Positions 7,698-17,298 of a stretch of 29,079 bases of DNA are shown here, piece by piece. The stretch covers positions 1-29,079 of the forward strand of contig CAZAZT010000037.1 in NCBI GenBank assembly GCA_964489645.1. Reading direction: 5' to 3'. The notes under the pieces are model-generated. The model was given only the letters and a program-made list of their open reading frames with translations. It did not search any database and was not told the DNA's origin. Source of the DNA: an uncultured Chthoniobacteraceae bacterium. Lineage in GTDB: Bacteria > Verrucomicrobiota > Verrucomicrobiia > Chthoniobacterales > Chthoniobacteraceae. The translations under genes and the position numbers were made by a program. Within the stretch, counting starts at the first letter, position 1. Each line of letters begins with the position of its first letter.

Positions 7698-9161
7698 TCA
7701 GCCGATAAGCGCTTTGATCGGACGCTGCTCCTCCACCCCAGTGAGCCGAGCGTCCAATCCCTGGAACTTGTAGGTCAACCGCTCGTGGTTGATCCCGCAC
7801 TGATGGAGAATCGTTGCGTTCACATCGTTCAAATGAGCGGGGTCTGACGCGATGTTATAACTGAAATCATCGCTCTCCCCGTATGACACCCCCCCTTTGA
7901 TCCCTCCTCCAGCCATCCACATGCAAAAATTCCGCGGATGATGGTCGCGACCGTAGTTCGTGCGAGATAACCCACCCTGCGAGTACACCGTCCTCCCGAA
8001 CTCCCCTCCCCAAACCACCAAAGTGCTGTCCAACAACCCTCGCTGCTTGAGATCGCTCAAAAGACCTCCAATCGCCTGATCCGTGTCCCCGCACTGCAAC
8101 CGGATGTCGCTCGGTAAGTTGCCATGCTGATCCCAACCACGGTGGAGGATCTGGACCACCCGCACCCCTCGCTCCACCAAGCGACGCGCCAAAATCGCGC
8201 TGGCCGCAAACGTGCCAGGCTTCCTCACCTCCGGCCCATAAAGGTCCAACGAAGAAGCCCTCTCATCCGTGAGATCCACCAACTCAGGAACGCTCGTCTG
8301 CATCCGGAAAGCCATCTCATACTGAGATATCCGCGTCTGGATCTCTGGATCACCCAATGCCGCGAAACGGTGCTCATTCATCCGAGCCATCGAATCGAGC
8401 ATCTGTCGACGATTCTCCATGGAAACACCATCCGGATTTCGCAGGTACAGCACGGGATCCCCAACCGATCGCAAAGCCACGCCACTGTATTTGCCCGGCA
8501 AAAATCCGCTGCTCCACATCCGGGTGAACAAGGCTTGGGCCATGGACTTCGCACTCCATGTCGGGGTCAGAACCACAAACGCAGGAAGATCGTTGCTCTC
8601 ACTCCCCAATCCATAAGCCAACCACGATCCCAAACTTGCAAATCCAGGAACCTCGCGGCCCGTCATCACGAACGTGCATGCAGGATCATGGTTGATCGCA
8701 TTGGTGTGCACCGTCTTGATCAACGCGATATCGTCCACATGCCGCGCCGTGTAAGGCAACAACTCGCTCACCCACCGACCACAACGGCAGTGCTGAGCGA
8801 AGCGGAACAGACTCGGCGCAACAGGGAAACGCGCCTGCTTGCTAGTCATCCCCGTCAAACGTTGTCCGCCTTGCACACTCGGCGGCAGATCCTTGTCATA
8901 CCACTCCGCCAACCCAGGCTTATGGTCCCAAAGGTCGATCTGGGACGGTCCACCGTTCATGTGCAAGTAGATCACCGCCCTCGCCTTCGCCGGAAAATGC
9001 GGGACCCCATCCAAAGCAGGGTGCACCACCGAGGCCCCCTTCACATCACCCTCCCCTCCAGCAAGAAAAGCCATCCCCAAGCCACCAAACCGCAAACCTG
9101 TCTGCCCGATGAACTGCCTTCTTGTGCTCATCACCTGTGATTCAAAGATCGGATCCATCAT
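7698..9161 (-). CDS. DUF1501 family protein (sulfatase/alkaline-phosphatase-like fold), Tat signal; module A partner
   Basis: 487 aa. N-terminus reads MMDPIFESQVMSTRRQFIGQTGLRFGGLGMAFLAGG, a twin-arginine signal; the alternative ATG at 9131 gives MSTRRQFIG. DUF1501 hallmarks are present: ...VIYLHMNGGPSQIDLWDHKP..., ...WDQHGNL..., ...VVWGGEFGRT..., ...GRDHHPRNFCMWMAGGGIKGG.... It starts 18 nt after the PSD1-A stop. Confidence 0.85.
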   Translation of the reverse strand: MMDPIFESQVMSTRRQFIGQTGLRFGGLGMAFLAGGEGDVKGASVVHPALDGVPHFPAKARAVIYLHMNGGPSQIDLWDHKPGLAEWYDKDLPPSVQGGQRLTGMTSKQARFPVAPSLFRFAQHCRCGRWVSELLPYTARHVDDIALIKTVHTNAINHDPACTFVMTGREVPGFASLGSWLAYGLGSESNDLPAFVVLTPTWSAKSMAQALFTRMWSSGFLPGKYSGVALRSVGDPVLYLRNPDGVSMENRRQMLDSMARMNEHRFAALGDPEIQTRISQYEMAFRMQTSVPELVDLTDERASSLDLYGPEVRKPGTFAASAILARRLVERGVRVVQILHRGWDQHGNLPSDIRLQCGDTDQAIGGLLSDLKQRGLLDSTLVVWGGEFGRTVYSQGGLSRTNYGRDHHPRNFCMWMAGGGIKGGVSYGESDDFSYNIASDPAHLNDVNATILHQCGINHERLTYKFQGLDARLTGVEEQRPIKALIG

Positions 9162-9179
9162 CTCCCTCAGTTCAGTCGT

Positions 9180-12100
9180 TCAGTTCCTGGTCACCGTCTC
9201 ATCCAAGTTCAGGACCAAGTTTGCCAACAATGTCCAAGCAGCCATCTCCGGCACAGATGCCTCCATCAGCGGCTTGGATTCCCCATTCCTGATCACACGC
9301 TCCGCCGCACTCGGATCTTTCCGGAAGATCTGACGCTGACGCGTCAACGCCTCCATCAACATCCCTCGCTCGGCTGCATCCGGTTCCCGACTCAGCACCC
9401 GTCGGAACAGCCCACCGATCCGACCATTCTCATCCATCCCGCGCTCACCAAGGACCCGCTCGGCTAACGCCCGCGCCGCCTCGAAGTGCTGAACATCGTT
9501 CATCAACTGCAACGCCTGCAACGGGGTGTTGCTGCGCTCTCGGCGCGTGCAACTCTGCTCCCGATTCGGTGCATCGAAATTGCTCATGAAGGGCGGCGGA
9601 GCAGTGCGCTTCAAGAACGCGTAGATTGTGCGTCGATAAAGCGCGTCCCCGTGGTCTTGCAAATAGTAGCGCGTGTTGCTGTCCCCATAGCCCACAGGTT
9701 CCCAGATGTTCGGCGGTTGATAGGACCTCACCCCGCGGCCCCCCATGTCCAGCTTGATCAAGCCCGAGACGAACAACGCGTTATCCCGTATCTGCTCGGC
9801 ATCCAACCGGATTCGCGGACCGCGCCCCAGTAGCCGGTTCATCGGGTCAACTGCCAACATCCTTGAGGTCACCTTTGCCCCCTGCCGGAACGCACGGGTC
9901 ATCACCATCTCCTTCATCAACGCTTTCACATCCCACCCGCCCTCTCGGAACATCACTGCGAGATGGTCCAGCAGCTCAGGATGGCTCGGGGTCTCTCCCT
10001 GCGACCCAAGATCGTGACTCGTCGCAACGATCCCCACTCCGAAAACCTGTTGCCAAAAGCGGTTCACCGTGACCCGCGCCGTCAACGGGTTCTCTGGCGT
10101 AACCAACCAGTTCGCAAGGTCGAGCCGCGTCGCACGCACCCCTGCTCTCTTGAGTGGCGGAAGAGATGCGGGTGTGCCCGGCTCAACCCTCTCCCCCAAC
10201 TTATTGTAAACACCTCGCATCGCCACGAACGTCTCTTTTGCCGTCTCAGAATCACGGAAAACGAACGTTCCCGAAATTGCCTGATCCGCCGCCGATCGCT
10301 CCGATCGCGCACTCTCCCACGCGGCGCGTAACCGCGAATGCACATCACCCTCCGATCGAGAAATGTGCGCGCGGTAGAACCTATACAACTTCTCCCGCTT
10401 GTCTGGATCCTTCATCCCAGCCGGATCGGAGGTCGCCACCGCTGAAATCTCGGAGGCGACATCCGGAAGATTCTTCTTACCACTCGAGACAAACTTCCAC
10501 CACGCCTCGAACGACGTCAGCGGATGACGGTCCACCTCATGCCGCCCCTGCACCTCGCAAAGATCAAAAAATGCGGTACCCCCGAACTGCTGAACACTCA
10601 ACGTGTTGATTCGCGAGCCCGCCTTCACATTCAGTCGCGCAAGGTCCACCTCCAGACGCACCCACTCACCCGGTTCCGGCCGAGGACCGAGCAGCACGTC
10701 GTTCTCCCTCACATAAGGGGTCCCCTGAAAAACTGACCCGTCTCCCCATACACCGCGCACACCGTTCACCTCCACGCTCACCGCTCGAGGCACATTCAAA
10801 TCGTCAAGCCGCACCCAAACTGCGAGCCGCGCATCAGCCCCCAACAACACAGGAATCACGACCGGAGAGAAGGATTCCTGACTGAACTGCCCGTTGCTCA
10901 ATCGAAGCACGCGCCGACCGGAACGCGCCCCAAACGCCGGCATATCCACCCAATCCGAAGCGTTCCTTGTCGTGTTGCGCGTCTCAGAACCGAACGCGAA
11001 CACATCATCGAAAAGCACCTGCCGTATCACCTCAAATCCTCTCCTCTCATCCAAGGCAACCGGTTCCGATCCCACCCATCTCTCCAACGCTTCCACCGCT
11101 CCATGTTCCGCTCTGATAGCCCTATCCAACCGCTCCTGCTCACCCCTCAGCGGCAACCGAAGGTACGGATCCGTCGTGTTGATGTTCTTATCCATCGGCG
11201 GATCGGCCGCATTGAAGAAAAACGCGTACAAAGAGTAGAACTCTGCCGTCGAAAGCGGATCATACTTATGGTCATGACATTGCGCGCAGCCACCGGTAAG
11301 CCCCAACCAAGCCGTGGTCAATGTGGCCGTTCGATCCACCGCGTAGAGATGCCGGTATTCATCATCTATCGCCCCTCCTTCACTGGTGGTCACGTTGCAA
11401 CGCGAAAATCCCGTTGCAATCCGTTGATCCACCGTCGGCTCCGGAAGAAGGTCACCCGCAATCTGCCAAACAGTAAAACGATCGAAAGGAAGGTTGTCAT
11501 TGAACGCACGAATCACCCAATCGCGGTAAGCCCACATGTTCCGTTCATTGTCCAGATGCAGCCCGTGAGTGTCCGCGTACCGAGCCACATCCAACCAATG
11601 CCGCGCCATCTCCTCTCCATACCTCGGTGATGCAAGGTATCGATCCACCATGCGCTCGTAAGCATCCGACGAGACGTCGCGCACAAATGCATCAACCTCC
11701 TCCATCGTCGGAGGCAATCCCGTCAGCGTGAAAGCAACCCGCCGGATGAGTGTCGCCCGATCCGCCTCGACAGCGAACTCGCCCCCACTCGCCATCAGGC
11801 GCTGCGAGAGCAACCCATCCACCGTCGCACCCTTTCGGAGCATCGGACTCTCCAACGACCAGTGCTTCTGATACGGAGCACCCTGCGAAATCCATTCTCG
11901 GAGTGTCTCCTTCTGCGCCTTCGACAGCGTCTTATGCGCCTTCGGTGGCGGCATGACCTCGTCCGCATCCTCAGAGACAATCCGCCTCCAGACCTCGCTC
12001 GAAACCGCATCGCCAGCCTTGATTGGGTACACACCATCCTTCGGCGATTTCGCACCCTCCTCGATGTCCAGACGCAATCCCGCCTCACGCTTTTTCGCGT

Positions 12101-12296
12101 CAAAACCATGGCACGCAAAACAGTTCTCCGAGAGGATCGGGCGCACATCACGGTTGAAACTCAACGTGGATGCCGCAAAAGAACTGCAAAGTGTGAGGAA
12201 AAAGAACACACCGCAAAGCTGACCCACTGACGCGACCACTGCGCATCCGCGCCTGCGAAAAGAGTGTCGAGCAAAGGTCTGCATGAGCGAACACAT
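9180..12296 (-). CDS. PSCyt1/PSCyt2 (DUF1549)/PSD1 (DUF1553) multidomain secreted protein with two CxxCH motifs; module A
   Basis: The ORF track gives 9180..12413. The start is chosen at ATG 12296 (or ATG 12284), giving a signal peptide MQTFARHSFRRRGCAVVASVGQLCGVFFFLTLCSSFAAS. This also avoids overlapping fabF, which ends at 12332. CFACH lies at 12108-12122 and CAQCHDHKYDP at 11274-11288. DUF1549/DUF1553-type blocks follow (...LIRRVAFTLTGLPPT..., ...HWLDVARYADTHG..., C-terminal ...PNREQSCTRRERSNTPLQALQLMND...). A beta-rich insert lies at ~10539-11051. Confidence 0.85.
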   Translation of the reverse strand: MCSLMQTFARHSFRRRGCAVVASVGQLCGVFFFLTLCSSFAASTLSFNRDVRPILSENCFACHGFDAKKREAGLRLDIEEGAKSPKDGVYPIKAGDAVSSEVWRRIVSEDADEVMPPPKAHKTLSKAQKETLREWISQGAPYQKHWSLESPMLRKGATVDGLLSQRLMASGGEFAVEADRATLIRRVAFTLTGLPPTMEEVDAFVRDVSSDAYERMVDRYLASPRYGEEMARHWLDVARYADTHGLHLDNERNMWAYRDWVIRAFNDNLPFDRFTVWQIAGDLLPEPTVDQRIATGFSRCNVTTSEGGAIDDEYRHLYAVDRTATLTTAWLGLTGGCAQCHDHKYDPLSTAEFYSLYAFFFNAADPPMDKNINTTDPYLRLPLRGEQERLDRAIRAEHGAVEALERWVGSEPVALDERRGFEVIRQVLFDDVFAFGSETRNTTRNASDWVDMPAFGARSGRRVLRLSNGQFSQESFSPVVIPVLLGADARLAVWVRLDDLNVPRAVSVEVNGVRGVWGDGSVFQGTPYVRENDVLLGPRPEPGEWVRLEVDLARLNVKAGSRINTLSVQQFGGTAFFDLCEVQGRHEVDRHPLTSFEAWWKFVSSGKKNLPDVASEISAVATSDPAGMKDPDKREKLYRFYRAHISRSEGDVHSRLRAAWESARSERSAADQAISGTFVFRDSETAKETFVAMRGVYNKLGERVEPGTPASLPPLKRAGVRATRLDLANWLVTPENPLTARVTVNRFWQQVFGVGIVATSHDLGSQGETPSHPELLDHLAVMFREGGWDVKALMKEMVMTRAFRQGAKVTSRMLAVDPMNRLLGRGPRIRLDAEQIRDNALFVSGLIKLDMGGRGVRSYQPPNIWEPVGYGDSNTRYYLQDHGDALYRRTIYAFLKRTAPPPFMSNFDAPNREQSCTRRERSNTPLQALQLMNDVQHFEAARALAERVLGERGMDENGRIGGLFRRVLSREPDAAERGMLMEALTRQRQIFRKDPSAAERVIRNGESKPLMEASVPEMAAWTLLANLVLNLDETVTRN

Positions 12297-12331
12297 CTCA
12301 CGCAAGCCACGTACCAACGTGGCAAGCCACC

Positions 12332-13576
12332 TCAACCAATGCACCCTGTGTGGCGTTTCAACACAAGGCATGAGTTCACTCCGCCAAACCCGAACGAGTT
12401 GCACAGCACCCACTCCATCCGCGCAATCCGCTCCGCCCCAGTCACATGATCCAGCGGATCATCCGCTTCCGCGGTCGCCAAGTTCCGATTGAACGGCACC
12501 ATGCCCGTATCCATCGCGCAAATCGCAGCAATCACATCCAATGCTCCGGACGCGCCGCAAAGATGTCCCGTCATGGACTTCAAGGCGGTCACAGGGACAC
12601 GCCTCTCACCGAAAACCGCAACGAGAGCACGGACCTCCGCAGCATCTCCCGCCCGCGTCCCCGTGCCGTGCGCGAAAACACAGGAGACATCAGCGACCTC
12701 ACACCCAGCACGCCGGATCGCCATCGAAACTGCCCCCGCCGCCCCCGATCCATCCGCCAAAGGCAACGTCAGGTGATGCGCGTCCGTCGTACAACCGTAC
12801 CCCGCAACCTCGCCGAGAATCCGCGCCCCGCGTCGCAATGCGGTCGACTCGGATTCGAGCACCAACACGCCCGCTCCTTCCGCAACGACAAACCCATCCC
12901 GCTGGACATCGAACGGGCGAGAAGCTGCAGCAGGATCGTCGTTGCGCGTGCTCACCGCCCGCATGGCGCAGAAAGATCCAAGGATCAGCTCGCAAATCGG
13001 AGCCTCGCTGCCTCCCGCAACCACCGCATCCACCTCACCAAGCCGAATCAATCGGCACGCCTCAGCAATCGATTGACTCGCCGTGGCGCATGCAGAACCA
13101 ACCCCCAGGCTCGGCCCGCGAAACCCCCATTCCCTCGCGACCAACGCGGATCCCATATTACTCCGCAACATCGGAATGCCGAACGGGGACAAACCACGCA
13201 CCCCAGCCGTTCGTAAGATCTCCCCCTGCTTCACGTACGAAGCGATCCCCCCGTTTGACGACCCGATCACCACGCCCACCCGATCCACCGGAACCCTCCC
13301 CCTGAGACCGGACTGATCGATCGCCTCCTTTGCGGCCCCGACAGCGAACTGCCCAAAGCGGTCCGCATGTCGTGCGTCTCGCCAATCCCCAAATGCCGCG
13401 CCCGCATCAAATCCCTCCACCTCACCCGCAATCTGCGACCGATATGCCGACGCATCAAAGCGCGAGATCGAACGGATTCCGCTCCGTCCTCGGACCACTC
13501 CATCCCAGAAGGCGTCCACCGTGTTCCCTAGAGGCGTTACGGCCCCCATCCCAGTCACCACCACCCGCTCCATCAT
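12332..13576 (-). CDS. fabF: 3-oxoacyl-ACP synthase II-like (KAS II family)
   Basis: The ORF track gives 12332..13588 with a GTG start; the first ATG at 13576 gives MMERVVVTGMGAVTPLGNTVDAFW.... Active-site Cys block GVGSACATASQSIAEA, His blocks DAHHLTLPLADG and KSMTGHLCGASGALD, and C-terminal NSFGFGGVNSCLVLK are present. There is no adjacent acpP, fabD or fabG in the window. Confidence 0.88.
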   Translation of the reverse strand: MMERVVVTGMGAVTPLGNTVDAFWDGVVRGRSGIRSISRFDASAYRSQIAGEVEGFDAGAAFGDWRDARHADRFGQFAVGAAKEAIDQSGLRGRVPVDRVGVVIGSSNGGIASYVKQGEILRTAGVRGLSPFGIPMLRSNMGSALVAREWGFRGPSLGVGSACATASQSIAEACRLIRLGEVDAVVAGGSEAPICELILGSFCAMRAVSTRNDDPAAASRPFDVQRDGFVVAEGAGVLVLESESTALRRGARILGEVAGYGCTTDAHHLTLPLADGSGAAGAVSMAIRRAGCEVADVSCVFAHGTGTRAGDAAEVRALVAVFGERRVPVTALKSMTGHLCGASGALDVIAAICAMDTGMVPFNRNLATAEADDPLDHVTGAERIARMEWVLCNSFGFGGVNSCLVLKRHTGCIG

Positions 13577-13884
13577 CGGATCAAGCACCCCCTGCGAGTT
13601 GCAGGAGGAAGAGTGAACGGTTCAACTGACCAAGGTATGTCGGGAAAATCCATCGGATCGTTCGCTTTCCTACCACCTCCCCCCAACCCTCGGCAATCGC
13701 CTCCACATCCCTCCCCAGTCGGGTTGCCTGCGGTCCGGGACATATTCCGACTGGATTGGAAACCCCATCCCCCCGAGCTTTCAACCGTCACCCTGCTCCT
13801 CGGTCTGCTCAGCACTCGGGCTGCTAAGGTGAAGCTCCGCCGACGGTCGCACTTCTCAAACATTCCTTTCAAAAAACTTTTCCA
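13577..13884. promoter_or_regulatory. 308-nt divergent intergenic region between fabF (-) and the module-C PSD gene (+)
   Basis: No convincing coding potential. It contains a 91-codon proline-rich ORF (13613..13888) whose TGA overlaps the ATG of the downstream gene. An A/T-rich stretch lies immediately 5' of the 13885 ATG (ttcctttcaaaaaacttttccaATG). Confidence 0.3.
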
Positions 13885-16800
13885 ATGAAACGTCCCCTCC
13901 ACGCCGCGGTCCTGTCCGCCCTCGCGATCTCTCTTGTCCCGAACAGTTCCGTCGCAGGCGACTCCTTCCAAGATCAGGTTGTCCCCTTCACCAAGAAGTA
14001 CTGCCAAAGCTGCCACGAACCCGACAAAGCAAAAGGCGGCCTCGACCTCACTCGCTACAGCAAGGAGCGCGACGTCACGAACGATTTCCGCAAGTGGAAC
14101 AGCATCATCGATTTCATCCGACGCGGTGAAATGCCCCCCGAGGACGAAAAGCAACCGTCCCTGCAGGAACGGAACGCGGTGATCGCCTCGATTGAGACCA
14201 TGCTTATCGCCGAGGCGAACAAGCGAGCTGGGGATCCAGGAACCATCCTTCCCCGCCGCCTCTCGAACACGGAATACGACCTGTCCATCCGTGACCTCAC
14301 GGGGATTGCCATCCGAGCCACTGCGGAGTTCCCTGCCGACCCAGCCGGTGGAGAAGGCTTCGACAACACGGGTGAAGCATTGGGAATGACGCCGAGCCTG
14401 CTCACCAAATACCTCGCAGCCGCCCAAGGGGTTGCCCAACACTTGGTGCTCAAGCCCGACGGTATCACCTTCGCGCCCTTTCCCGTCACCTCCTACAACG
14501 AGCGCAAAAAACTGACGGAGCAGGCGATCATCGATTTCTACAAGAAGCATGAGGTGAAGATCGGGGACTACCTCGAAGCCGCATGGCGACTCCAGCACCG
14601 TGCGAGCACGGAACCGAACCTCTCGACCGAGGACTGGGCCAAGCAAAAAGGCCTGAGCAGCAAGTACCTTGCGCTTGTTGACAAGACACTCCGCGAGGCG
14701 AACACCGGCGTCGGCCCCCTCAAGCAACTCGGCGCCATGTGGAAAGCGCTCCCCGCTCCATCCAACGCCAAGGACGTCCCACAATCTCTCCGAGAGATCG
14801 AACAGTTCATCGGCCTGATCCAATCCAATCTCATCAAAAAGGAGCCCAAACTCATCAACCCCGGAGCTGGGAACTGGCCGATCGCGCACCTCGCACTTCG
14901 CGCTCAAGCTGCAGCCGCGCGCGATAAGTTTGACCCGCGTGCACTGAAATCCCGATTCACGCTCAAGCCCGGACGCGTTCCCGGTCGCAAGGGCGATCCG
15001 GCCCCCCAAGGCACCTCCATCTTCCTGCGCATCGACCCCGCCTTCGACAACGCCACGAGCGGGAGCGTGATCGTGCATCGTCCGATTTTCAGTAAGTCCG
15101 AAAACCTGCCACGGAACGAGAAGGACGAAAAAGATCACCAGGTCGTGACCTTGCGCTCGATCCTTGAACGCCATGCCCCTGAGGCAGCAAGGACGCTCGC
15201 CTTCGGTTCGCACCCAACCGGCGCTGCGATCGCACCGGATTCATTCGTTGTGAAGACTCCGGCAGTCATCGAGATCCCGCTCAACCCAGAAGCCGTCTCG
15301 TTCCTCCTTGAAAAACAGATCCTGCTCGATTGCGAACTGGATGCACCATCCTCCCCAAATGCGGCAGTGCTCATCTCCTCCACTTTTGGGAAGCGCTCCG
15401 AATCGCTCAAAAACGCCAACACCGAGTTGCTGGTGCACACCGAGAGCCAAACCGGCAAGGACATCGCTGCCTCAGCCGAACAACTGTGCTTCGTCTTCCC
15501 CAACCGCTTCGCGTTCGTGGATAACAATCGCGGACTCGCAGCAGGTTTCCACCTGGTCGAGGGTTTCTTCCGCGACGACCAACCGCTGGTCGAAAAGGTC
15601 ATCTCAAAAGCGGATCAGGCCGAGTTGGACCGGCTCTGGCAGGAACTCGATTTCATCACGGAAAGTGTCGAAACGCTCCTGCGCGGCTTCGTGTGGTTCG
15701 AGCGCGCGGAACGACATGTTCTCCACGATAAACGGTTCGATTTCCTGCGCTCCGAAGACCCTCTCCTCGTCGAGGACGAACTCCTCTCAAAGTTCGAGCG
15801 GCACTACCTCGAAAAGCTCGGGGTGAAACTCGTGGAAAACGCCATCCAACCGGAATCCCCGAACCCCCAGTTCGATCTCATCCACGGCTTCTTCGAGAGA
15901 ACACGAGCAGGGTTGACCGAGCATCGTAAACAGCTGCACCAAGCCGAAAAACCAGCGCTCAGCCAACTGGAGCAGATAGCCGAACGTGCCTACAGCCGTC
16001 CGCTCACCTCATCCGAAGTGGCATCGCTCAGAAAACTCTACAGCCAACTGAAAGGGCAAGGTCAGAGCGTTGAAGATTCACTACGCGGCGTGTTCACCGC
16101 AATCCTGATGACTCCAGACTTTTTCTACCGCATCCCAGATGCCCCAAGCGGTCCCGGAGTCCACCCGCTCTCCGATCAAGATCTCGCGCGAAGACTGAGC
16201 TACTTCCTGTGGTCCACACTCCCGGACAAAAGCCTCCTCGCATCCGCTCAGGCTGGCTCCCTCCGAACGGAACAGGAGCTTCGCTCGCAGACGCGCCGCA
16301 TGTTGAAGGATCCGAAGATTGAGTCGTTCGCTCGCGAGTTTTTCGGTCAATGGCTTCGCTACCGCGACTACCTCACCAAAGACCCGATCCCCGCTGGTGT
16401 GTTCCCCACTTACAATGACACGCTTCGACAGGCCATGTTCGAGGCCCCCACCCGACTGCTCACGGACCTCATCCAGAGGGATCAGCCCATCGCTGAACTG
16501 CTCCGCAGCGACGCAGCCTTCGTGAACGAGACCCTCGCCAAACATTACGGCGGGAGCGTCGAATCCCAGTACCGTAAAATCTCCACCGATCCATCCCAAT
16601 GGCATCGCGTGGAGGGGCTCCGAGAGAGCGGCCGAGGCGGCCTGTTCGGGATGCCTGTGATCCTCGCAAAAAATTCGGCCGGTCAACGGACGAGCCCCGT
16701 GAAGCGCGGATTTTGGGTAGTCCATCATCTTCTGGGACAACACTTCCCACCTCCGCCCGCAGATGTTCCGGAACTTCCAAAGAGCGAAAAAGAAGCGACA

Positions 16801-17238
16801 AAAACCATCCGCGAACTTCTTGCAGATCATGTCGCAGACCCAAAATGCGCCATGTGCCACGTGCACTTCGATGGGCTCGGCCTTGCTCTGGAAGGGTTCG
16901 ATGCTGTCGGCAAGGTGCGATCCAAAGACCTTGCAGGGAGGAACATCGAGGCAAGCGGAAAAATCCAAGGAAGCGCAGAGATCCAGGGCGTGTCAGGCCT
17001 CATCGACTACATCGAGAAAAACCGACGCCAAGATTTCGACCGTCAGTTCTGTCGCAAGTTCCTCGGCTACGCACTCGGACGCTCCGTCCTCCTCTCCGAC
17101 CGATCGCTTCTCCTCGACATGGAGAGATCTTTGCAAACCGACGGACGATTCTCCGCCCTCTTTGAGACGGTCGTCCTCAGCCCGCAGTTCCGACAACAAC
17201 GGGGCCGAGATTTTGCTGAAGAGAAGGGCGCCCAGTGA
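13885..17238 (+). CDS. large secreted PSCyt3/PSD2-5 family protein (DUF1587/DUF1592/DUF1595/DUF1588/DUF1585 type) with two CxxCH motifs; module C
   Basis: 1117 aa. Signal peptide MKRPLHAAVLSALAISLVPNSSVAG. CQSCHEP lies at 14002-14016 (DUF1587-like N-terminus ...KGGLDLTRY...EMPPED...) and the C-terminal CAMCH at 16846-16860. Long conserved blocks are typical of this Planctomycete/Verrucomicrobia family (...RRLSNTEYDLSIRDLTG..., ...FFGQWLRYRDY..., ...SPVKRGFWVVHHLLGQ...). Family assignment is from recall, not a search. Confidence 0.85.
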   Translation: MKRPLHAAVLSALAISLVPNSSVAGDSFQDQVVPFTKKYCQSCHEPDKAKGGLDLTRYSKERDVTNDFRKWNSIIDFIRRGEMPPEDEKQPSLQERNAVIASIETMLIAEANKRAGDPGTILPRRLSNTEYDLSIRDLTGIAIRATAEFPADPAGGEGFDNTGEALGMTPSLLTKYLAAAQGVAQHLVLKPDGITFAPFPVTSYNERKKLTEQAIIDFYKKHEVKIGDYLEAAWRLQHRASTEPNLSTEDWAKQKGLSSKYLALVDKTLREANTGVGPLKQLGAMWKALPAPSNAKDVPQSLREIEQFIGLIQSNLIKKEPKLINPGAGNWPIAHLALRAQAAAARDKFDPRALKSRFTLKPGRVPGRKGDPAPQGTSIFLRIDPAFDNATSGSVIVHRPIFSKSENLPRNEKDEKDHQVVTLRSILERHAPEAARTLAFGSHPTGAAIAPDSFVVKTPAVIEIPLNPEAVSFLLEKQILLDCELDAPSSPNAAVLISSTFGKRSESLKNANTELLVHTESQTGKDIAASAEQLCFVFPNRFAFVDNNRGLAAGFHLVEGFFRDDQPLVEKVISKADQAELDRLWQELDFITESVETLLRGFVWFERAERHVLHDKRFDFLRSEDPLLVEDELLSKFERHYLEKLGVKLVENAIQPESPNPQFDLIHGFFERTRAGLTEHRKQLHQAEKPALSQLEQIAERAYSRPLTSSEVASLRKLYSQLKGQGQSVEDSLRGVFTAILMTPDFFYRIPDAPSGPGVHPLSDQDLARRLSYFLWSTLPDKSLLASAQAGSLRTEQELRSQTRRMLKDPKIESFAREFFGQWLRYRDYLTKDPIPAGVFPTYNDTLRQAMFEAPTRLLTDLIQRDQPIAELLRSDAAFVNETLAKHYGGSVESQYRKISTDPSQWHRVEGLRESGRGGLFGMPVILAKNSAGQRTSPVKRGFWVVHHLLGQHFPPPPADVPELPKSEKEATKTIRELLADHVADPKCAMCHVHFDGLGLALEGFDAVGKVRSKDLAGRNIEASGKIQGSAEIQGVSGLIDYIEKNRRQDFDRQFCRKFLGYALGRSVLLSDRSLLLDMERSLQTDGRFSALFETVVLSPQFRQQRGRDFAEEKGAQ

Positions 17239-17298
17239 TGGCCGCCGCGTTCGCACCCAAAACTTTTACCTGAACCCTCCACAGAAACTTTCCTCAAT

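Noticed and set aside
8124-9140. 338-aa plus-strand ORF
   Set aside because: Antisense to DUF1501-A. R/H/P-rich nonsense translation.
12446-13316. plus-strand ORFs of 256/254/95/77 aa
   Set aside because: Antisense to fabF, whose KAS motifs are unambiguous.
13573-15213. 546-aa minus-strand ORF
   Set aside because: It is antisense to the N-terminal third of the module-C large protein, which has clear family signatures and a signal peptide. The antisense translation is G/R/E-rich low complexity.
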